NCBI RefSeq assembly: GCF_001465295.1
Contig: NZ_CP011034.1
Span: forward strand, 2,910,001 to 2,942,000
Reading direction: 5' to 3'
From: Pseudoalteromonas translucida KMM 520
Lineage (GTDB): Bacteria; Pseudomonadota; Gammaproteobacteria; Enterobacterales; Alteromonadaceae
Length of the DNA: 32,000 nt
This document shows positions 26,602 to 32,000 of this stretch, piece after piece (position 1 is the stretch's first letter; each line of letters starts with the position of its first letter). The notes beneath the pieces are model-generated. The model saw only the letters and a program-made list of their open reading frames with translations, searched no databases and had not been told where the DNA came from. The position numbers and the translations under genes were made by a program.

Positions 26602-27642
26602 TTAACCACCAAACTGAGTTTTGTCTTGCGCTTTAGCTTGCGCTGCAATATTAGTAACAATGCCATGATTAACTAAATTTGTTAAACATTGATCCATCGT
26701 TTGCATGCCATGCGAAGCGCCAGTTTGAATAGACGAGTACATTTGCGCCACTTTATCTTCACGAATTAAGTTACGAATAGCAGGTACCGCAAGCATAATT
26801 TCGTGAGCAGCTACTCGCCCACCACCAATTTTTTTAAGCAGGGTTTGCGAAATTACCGCGCGTAACGATTCCGAGAGCATAGAGCGAATCATGGCTTTTT
26901 CTTCACCTGGGAATACATCTATAATACGGTCAATGGTTTTAGGTGCAGAGGTGGTGTGCAAAGTGCCAAATACTAAGTGACCGGTTTCGGCTGCTGTCAT
27001 TGCCAGGCGAATGGTTTCCAGATCACGTAATTCACCAACTAATATTACATCTGGATCTTCACGAAGTGCACTGCGTAGCGCATTTTTAAAGCTATGTGTA
27101 TCGCGATGTACTTCTCGCTGATTAATCAGACTTAATTTATTATCGTGGACAAATTCGATTGGATCTTCAATAGTGAGAATATGGTGATGTTTTGTTTGAT
27201 TTATATAATCAACCATAGCCGCTAGTGTTGTCGACTTACCTGACCCTGTAGGCCCTGTTACTAATACTAAGCCGCGAGGGTTATCGGCAATGGTTTTAAA
27301 AATATCGGGGGCGCCTAAATCATCTAGTGTGAGCACTTCACTGGGAATAGTACGAAATACGGCTGCTGGACCACGATGAGTATTAAAGGCATTAACACGA
27401 AAACGTGCTAAATTAGGCACTTCAAATGAAAAATCCACTTCGAGATTTTGTTCGTAGTCCTTGCGCTGGTTATCGTTCATAATATCGTAAACTAAGTTGT
27501 TTACATCTTTGTCTCCTAGTGCTGGTATATTAATACGCCGCACATCGCCATCTACGCGTATCATAGGTGAAACCCCTGATGATAAATGTAAATCGGATGC
27601 TTTGTGTTGCACACTAAACGCCAATAATTCGGTAATATCCAT
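26602..27642 (-). CDS. pilT: Type IV pilus twitching-motility ATPase PilT
   Basis: MDITELLAFSVQHKASDLHLSSGVSPMIRVDGDVRRINIPAL is almost identical in pattern to P. aeruginosa PilT. Walker A GPTGSGKSTT, GHLVFGTLHTTSA and the AIRNLIRE motif are present. Confidence 0.96.
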   Translation of the reverse strand: MDITELLAFSVQHKASDLHLSSGVSPMIRVDGDVRRINIPALGDKDVNNLVYDIMNDNQRKDYEQNLEVDFSFEVPNLARFRVNAFNTHRGPAAVFRTIPSEVLTLDDLGAPDIFKTIADNPRGLVLVTGPTGSGKSTTLAAMVDYINQTKHHHILTIEDPIEFVHDNKLSLINQREVHRDTHSFKNALRSALREDPDVILVGELRDLETIRLAMTAAETGHLVFGTLHTTSAPKTIDRIIDVFPGEEKAMIRSMLSESLRAVISQTLLKKIGGGRVAAHEIMLAVPAIRNLIREDKVAQMYSSIQTGASHGMQTMDQCLTNLVNHGIVTNIAAQAKAQDKTQFGG

Positions 27643-27671
27643 TTATGACTCCACAACTAACTGATAAATAT

Positions 27672-28358
27672 ATGGTTACAATAGCAGAACGACTTACATC
27701 CGCCTACGCTAGAATTGCTAGCGCGGCAAAAAATGCCCAACGAAATAGTAACGAAATAACCTTACTTGCAGTATCAAAAACCAAACCAAGTGCCGATATT
27801 ATTGCTGCCTACGAGCATGGCCAACGCCAATTTGGTGAGTCTTATGTTCAAGAGGCTGTAGATAAAATAGCGCAACTACACACATATAGCGATATCATTT
27901 GGCATTTCATTGGCCCTATTCAATCAAATAAAAGCGCACTAGTGGCCGCCAATTTTGCTTGGGTACAAAGTGTTGATCGGATTAAAATAGCGAAACGCTT
28001 AAACAACCAACGACCAGCCAATAAAGCCGCGCTTAATGTGCTTATTCAAGTAAATATTAGTAATGAGGAAGCTAAGTCGGGTTGCCAGCTTAATGAAGTA
28101 GCCGAACTGGCCAGCTTTATTAACCAGTGTGAGCAATTAACTTTACGCGGGCTGATGGCTATTCCGGCTAAAAGTGACGATATTACAACGCAAACTCAAT
28201 ATTTTAAGCAATTACAAACTTGCTTTGATAAACTACAGACCCAATATCCTCAAGTAGATACTTTGTCGATGGGGATGAGCAATGATGTTGAAGCTGCAAT
28301 TAGTGCAGGCTCAACCATGGTGAGGATCGGCACAGACATTTTTGGCACACGAACTTAA
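27672..28358 (+). CDS. yggS: PLP-homeostasis protein YggS (pyridoxal-phosphate-binding, alanine-racemase-fold)
   Basis: ITLLAVSKTKP contains the PLP lysine. GQRQFGESYVQE, WHFIGPIQSNK, LSMGMSNDVEAAI..GSTMVRIGT.IFG are also present. ATG 27672 gives 30 aa before LLAVSK, exactly as in E. coli YggS. The longer ORF-track start ATG 27645 is also possible. Confidence 0.9.
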   Translation: MVTIAERLTSAYARIASAAKNAQRNSNEITLLAVSKTKPSADIIAAYEHGQRQFGESYVQEAVDKIAQLHTYSDIIWHFIGPIQSNKSALVAANFAWVQSVDRIKIAKRLNNQRPANKAALNVLIQVNISNEEAKSGCQLNEVAELASFINQCEQLTLRGLMAIPAKSDDITTQTQYFKQLQTCFDKLQTQYPQVDTLSMGMSNDVEAAISAGSTMVRIGTDIFGTRT

Positions 28359-28375
28359 AAGGTGATAACAGATAT

Positions 28376-29197
28376 ATGTCAGATAAAACAATCGCATTTA
28401 TAGGCACAGGTAATATGAGCTACGCCATTATTGGTGGCATGGTAAAAAATGGGTTTAATGCAAACAATATTATTGCCACAAACCGTAACCAAGAAAAGCT
28501 GGCCAAAGTAGCAGCCGATTTCAAGGTAAAAACCACCAGTGACAATAACGAAGCCCTGCGCGATGCTGACGTAATTGTTCTTTCTGTTAAACCACAAATG
28601 ATGGGCGATTTATGTAAATCGTTTCAAGAATCGGGTGTCGACTTTAGCGATAAACTGTTTATTTCAGTAGCAGCTGGTTTAACCGTAAAACGTTTGCGCG
28701 AAATGCTTGGCCAAGACGTTAAAATGATACGTTGTATGCCTAATACGCCTTCACTGCTTGGCCGTGGTGTATCGGGTTTATATGGCGCTGGCGAAACGCC
28801 AAGCGAGCACGAATTTGTACAACAAGTTTTTGAATGCACTGGCATTGTAGTGTGGGTTGAACAAGAATCGCAAATTAACGATATTATTGCGGTTACAGGC
28901 TCATCGCCTGCTTATTTTTTCTTATTTATGGAAGCCATAGAAGAGAAAGCCAAAGCACTGGGCTTTAACGATGCAGATGCACGTCGCTTAGTACAACAAA
29001 CAGCACTTGGCGCTGCCGAAATGGCACTCAGCCAACCCGATATAACCATTTCTCAGTTACGCTCAAACGTAACATCTAAAGGTGGTACTACGCATGCAGC
29101 CGTTGAGCATTTAAAAGATAAAGGCTTAACCCAAACCGTTGCCGATGCCATGGATGCGTGTATTACGCGTGCACAGCAAATGGAACAAGAACTTTAA
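28376..29197 (+). CDS. proC: Pyrroline-5-carboxylate reductase
   Basis: The Rossmann N-terminus IAFIGTGNMSYAIIGG is present, with MPNTP, the GSSPAY motif and SKGGTT. The SD aaggtg lies upstream. Confidence 0.95.
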   Translation: MSDKTIAFIGTGNMSYAIIGGMVKNGFNANNIIATNRNQEKLAKVAADFKVKTTSDNNEALRDADVIVLSVKPQMMGDLCKSFQESGVDFSDKLFISVAAGLTVKRLREMLGQDVKMIRCMPNTPSLLGRGVSGLYGAGETPSEHEFVQQVFECTGIVVWVEQESQINDIIAVTGSSPAYFFLFMEAIEEKAKALGFNDADARRLVQQTALGAAEMALSQPDITISQLRSNVTSKGGTTHAAVEHLKDKGLTQTVADAMDACITRAQQMEQEL

Positions 29198-29209
29198 GAA
29201 GGTTAAATT

Positions 29210-29743
29210 ATGAATGCCATGCAATTTTTAATCAGTACCCTGTTTGACTTGTTTTTAATGGTGGTATTACTGCGCTTTTGGCTACAGTGGGCAAAAGCCG
29301 ACTTTTACAACCCAATGAGCCAATTTGTGGTTAAAGCCACCTCGTTCGCAGTAAAGCCACTGCGTAAAATCATTCCTGGGTTTGGAGGACTTGATTTAGC
29401 CTCGCTATTGCTGGCATTTTTTGTTGCCGCAGCCAAAATAAGCGTGCTTATGTGGCTTATTTATAAGTCATGGGCTATACAACCTGTACTTATTCAAGCA
29501 TTAATCACCGTACTAAAAGAAGGTTTAAATTTAGTTTTTTGGGTACTTATTATTCGCGCTATTTTAAGCTGGGTTAGCCAAGGCTATAACCCAATAGAAG
29601 CGGTATTCCACCAGCTAACTGAACCTATGTTAAAACCTATTCGTAAAATTCTACCGCCGCTAGGTGGTTTAGATTTATCGGTTTTAGTGCTTATTATTGG
29701 TATACAGTTTTTACAAATGCTGCTTATGGATTTATTAGTTTAA
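29210..29743 (+). CDS. yggT: YggT-family membrane protein
   Basis: Two YGGT repeats are present (LRFWLQW...NP....V.K.T.....PLRKIIPGFGGLDLASLL and IIRAILSWV....NP.......LTEPMLKPIRKILPPLGGLDLS.LV). Confidence 0.9.
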   Translation: MNAMQFLISTLFDLFLMVVLLRFWLQWAKADFYNPMSQFVVKATSFAVKPLRKIIPGFGGLDLASLLLAFFVAAAKISVLMWLIYKSWAIQPVLIQALITVLKEGLNLVFWVLIIRAILSWVSQGYNPIEAVFHQLTEPMLKPIRKILPPLGGLDLSVLVLIIGIQFLQMLLMDLLV

Positions 29744-29758
29744 GCGTTTATTTTAGCT

Positions 29759-29782
29759 AAAGAGGTCACTAGACCTCTTTTT
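29759..29782 (+). terminator. Rho-independent terminator after yggT
   Basis: aaagaggtc (29759-29767) is followed by the loop acta and then gacctcttt (29772-29780), which runs into further T residues. The SD aggag (29790-29794) of the next gene follows. Confidence 0.8.
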
Positions 29783-29800
29783 ATGTTTTAGGAGTTAATT

Positions 29801-30244
29801 ATGCAACGGTTAATTAAATTGTTTTTTATTACCTGTTTAGCTTTTACCTTTAATGCCCACAGTGAGCAAGTTTCCGGCGCACAGTACAAAGAGTTAGGTC
29901 AGTGGCAAGTACATTACATTGCTTTTCCTTCAACCTTTGTGCAACCTAAAATAGCCCAAGCTTATGATCTTGAGCGTAGCGGCTACAAAGGGATTGTTAA
30001 CATATCTATATTAGCTAACGATGCCGATAACACGGCGCAAAAAGCCGTACTAAATGGCACAGCTAAAAATCTACTCGGCAATAAACAAACGCTTAACTTT
30101 AAAGAAGTAATTGAAGGCGATGCAATTTATTACCTTGCTCAAGTTAACTACACTAACGAAGAAGTTTTACGTTTTGAGATTGAAATACAGCAAGACTCAC
30201 AATTTCAAAAATTACAGTTTCAGCAAAAATTTTACGTAGATTAA
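29801..30244 (+). CDS. Secreted DUF4426-family protein
   Basis: The signal peptide is MQRLIKLFFITCLAFTFNAHS. Size and position between yggT and rdgB match the DUF4426 gene of Pseudomonas-type synteny (recognised by pattern, not searched). Confidence 0.75.
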   Translation: MQRLIKLFFITCLAFTFNAHSEQVSGAQYKELGQWQVHYIAFPSTFVQPKIAQAYDLERSGYKGIVNISILANDADNTAQKAVLNGTAKNLLGNKQTLNFKEVIEGDAIYYLAQVNYTNEEVLRFEIEIQQDSQFQKLQFQQKFYVD

Positions 30245-30251
30245 ATAACTT

Positions 30252-30851
30252 ATGATAAAAACTTTAGTACTTGCCACAGGCAACCCAGGCAAAGTAAATG
30301 AACTTGCAAACATGCTCAGCCCGCTCAATATTAATGTTGTGCCGCAAAGCGACTTTAACGTAGGTGAGGTGGCCGAAACCGGTACCACTTTTGTAGAAAA
30401 TGCCATTATTAAAGCCCGCCATGCAGCCAAAATTACCGGTATGCCTGCTATTGCTGATGACTCGGGATTAGAGGTCGATGGTTTAAATGGTGCGCCAGGT
30501 GTGTACTCGGCGCGCTTTGCCGGTGCAGGTGCAACTGATCAAGATAACATAGATAAGCTACTACTTGAGCTGGGTAATAACCCAATTAGAACGGCACGCT
30601 TTTGGTGTGTACTGGTATTAATGCACCACGCTAATGACCCAACTCCGCTTATTTGTAGCGCCAGTTGGGAAGGTGAAATAACCCTAACCCAAAATGGCGA
30701 AGGCGGCTTTGGTTACGACCCGGTATTTTTTGTACCAACGCTTAATTGCACCAGTGCCGAGCTGACAAAAGAGCAAAAAAATGCCATTAGCCATCGCGGT
30801 CAAGCATTACAAAATTTACTACAGCAACTTAAGCTAAAAGGCGGCCTGTGA
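30252..30851 (+). CDS. rdgB: Non-canonical purine NTP pyrophosphatase (dITP/XTP)
   Basis: The motifs [42 protein letters not shown] and SHRG.A are present. Confidence 0.95.
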   Translation: MIKTLVLATGNPGKVNELANMLSPLNINVVPQSDFNVGEVAETGTTFVENAIIKARHAAKITGMPAIADDSGLEVDGLNGAPGVYSARFAGAGATDQDNIDKLLLELGNNPIRTARFWCVLVLMHHANDPTPLICSASWEGEITLTQNGEGGFGYDPVFFVPTLNCTSAELTKEQKNAISHRGQALQNLLQQLKLKGGL

Positions 30852-31984
30852 ACCTACCACCACTAAGCTTATATGTGCACGTTCCTTGGTGCGTGCAAAA
30901 ATGCCCATATTGCGACTTTAATAGCCACGGACAAAAAGGTGAAATTCCTGAAGCTGAATATGTGCAGCATTTAATTGATGATTTAAAAGCCGACCTGCAT
31001 TTAGTCCAAGGGCGTAAAATTCATAGTATTTTTATTGGTGGTGGCACACCTAGCTTATTAACTGGCGCAGCTTACACACGCCTACTTAGTGAAGTTAAAA
31101 GCCTTATTGGGCTTGAAGATAACTGCGAAATAACCCTTGAAGCAAACCCTGGCACTGTTGAAACTGGCCGCTTTAAAGATTATGTAAAAGCAGGTATTAA
31201 CCGCATTTCTATTGGTGTGCAAAGCATGCAAAACGACAAGCTTAAAGCGCTTGGCCGTATTCATGGCAGCGACGAGGCAAACTACGCCGCAGAGCAAGCC
31301 AAAGAAGCGGGGTTAAATAGCTTTAATCTTGATTTAATGCATGGCTTACCTGGGCAAACTCTCGATGATGCACTGGGCGATTTAAAGCAAATTATTGCCC
31401 TTAACCCGCCGCATATTTCTTGGTATCAGCTAACTATTGAGCCCAATACACAATTTGCTTCTAAGCCGCCTACCCTGCCACAAGACGAAACGCTGTGGGA
31501 CATTCAAGAGCAAGGCCAAGAGTTACTCGCACAAGCCGGTTACCAGCAATACGAAATATCAGGCTATGCAAAGCCTGGCTATCAATGCCAACACAACTTA
31601 AATTATTGGCGTTTTGGCGATTATATCGGTATTGGTTGTGGCGCGCATGGTAAGGTAACTGATGCAAATACAGGCATAATAACCCGCACCGAAAAAGTTA
31701 AGCACCCGCGTGGTTACATGGATCTGATCAAACCTTACTTGTTTAAAAGCTGGCAGGTTGAACAAGACGATTTAGCATTTGAGTTTTTTATGAACCGCTT
31801 TCGTCTAGTAGAGCCGTGCCCTATTAACGACTTTAATGCGCTTACACAGCAACCATTACAAAGCCAACAACACGCGCTACAACAGGCAATTAAATTGGGC
31901 TTATTAATACAAACTGATAGCCATTGGCAAGTAACACTAAAAGGTCAGCGCTTTTTAAATGATCTGCTAGAGTTATTTGTTTAA
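30848..31984 (+). CDS. hemW: Radical SAM heme chaperone HemW
   Basis: [24 protein letters not shown] contains the CxxxCxxC motif and is collinear with E. coli HemW. The GTG start overlaps the rdgB stop (GTGA, 30848-30851). Confidence 0.95.
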   Translation: MNLPPLSLYVHVPWCVQKCPYCDFNSHGQKGEIPEAEYVQHLIDDLKADLHLVQGRKIHSIFIGGGTPSLLTGAAYTRLLSEVKSLIGLEDNCEITLEANPGTVETGRFKDYVKAGINRISIGVQSMQNDKLKALGRIHGSDEANYAAEQAKEAGLNSFNLDLMHGLPGQTLDDALGDLKQIIALNPPHISWYQLTIEPNTQFASKPPTLPQDETLWDIQEQGQELLAQAGYQQYEISGYAKPGYQCQHNLNYWRFGDYIGIGCGAHGKVTDANTGIITRTEKVKHPRGYMDLIKPYLFKSWQVEQDDLAFEFFMNRFRLVEPCPINDFNALTQQPLQSQQHALQQAIKLGLLIQTDSHWQVTLKGQRFLNDLLELFV

Positions 31985-32000
31985 CGCTAGGCTCTAGGCC

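Noticed and set aside
28343-28358. TGGCAC motifs (here and at 70-75), checked as sigma-54 -24 elements.
   Set aside because: Neither is followed by TTGC at the -12 spacing, and both lie inside coding sequence.
1-32000. Scan for rRNA, tRNA, CRISPR arrays, IS/transposase, integrase, and toxin-antitoxin or known defence-system genes.
   Set aside because: No ORF resembles a transposase, integrase, nuclease-helicase or defence protein. There are no regularly spaced direct repeats, and I recognised no tRNA- or rRNA-like segment by eye. A cloverleaf search (tRNAscan) and Rfam scan would be needed for certainty.

Overview
The window is about 32 protein-coding genes of conserved gammaproteobacterial housekeeping DNA. 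Low G+C and the protein sequences suggest an Alteromonadales / Pseudoalteromonas-like marine genome, but that is inference only. I found no rRNA, tRNA, CRISPR array, IS or transposase, integrase or recognisable defence gene.

Gene order reproduces well-known E. coli, Vibrio and Pseudomonas synteny blocks:
- DUF785/rimB-like - rimK - deacylase (minus strand), then zntB.
- rraB - plsC - parC - (PQQ-type sugar dehydrogenase) - parE - yqiA - cpdA - yqiB - nudF, all tightly packed on the minus strand, with tolC divergent from nudF.
- lpxL, a TcpQ-like gene, and glnE.
- A DUF350-repeat membrane gene plus an orphan gene.
- rsmE - gshB - yqgE - ruvX.
- pilU - pilT (minus strand), head-to-head with yggS - proC - yggT - DUF4426 - rdgB - hemW.

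Several ORF-track starts look over-extended. I re-set them using homologue N-termini, Shine-Dalgarno (SD) sequences or terminators: the deacylase, lpxL, the lipoprotein, yqgE and yggS.

I do not see a clear new multi-gene system. The candidates most worth follow-up are:
1. The rimK module, where an M14/AstE-AspA-like deacylase is translationally coupled to rimK and a retropepsin-like DUF785 gene sits upstream. This could be a glutamylation writer/eraser set.
2. A roughly 1.4 kb AT-rich islet at 4398-5822. It holds a ~480 bp stretch with no ORF of 60 aa or more and two near-perfect hairpins, a headless TonB-C-like ORF, and an orphan lipoprotein.
3. An orphan TcpQ-domain protein.
4. A four-fold DUF350-repeat membrane protein paired with a His/Cys-rich orphan.
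5. A secreted PQQ-type dehydrogenase wedged between parE and parC.

All functional calls rest on my recognition of the translated sequences and motifs. No database search was run.
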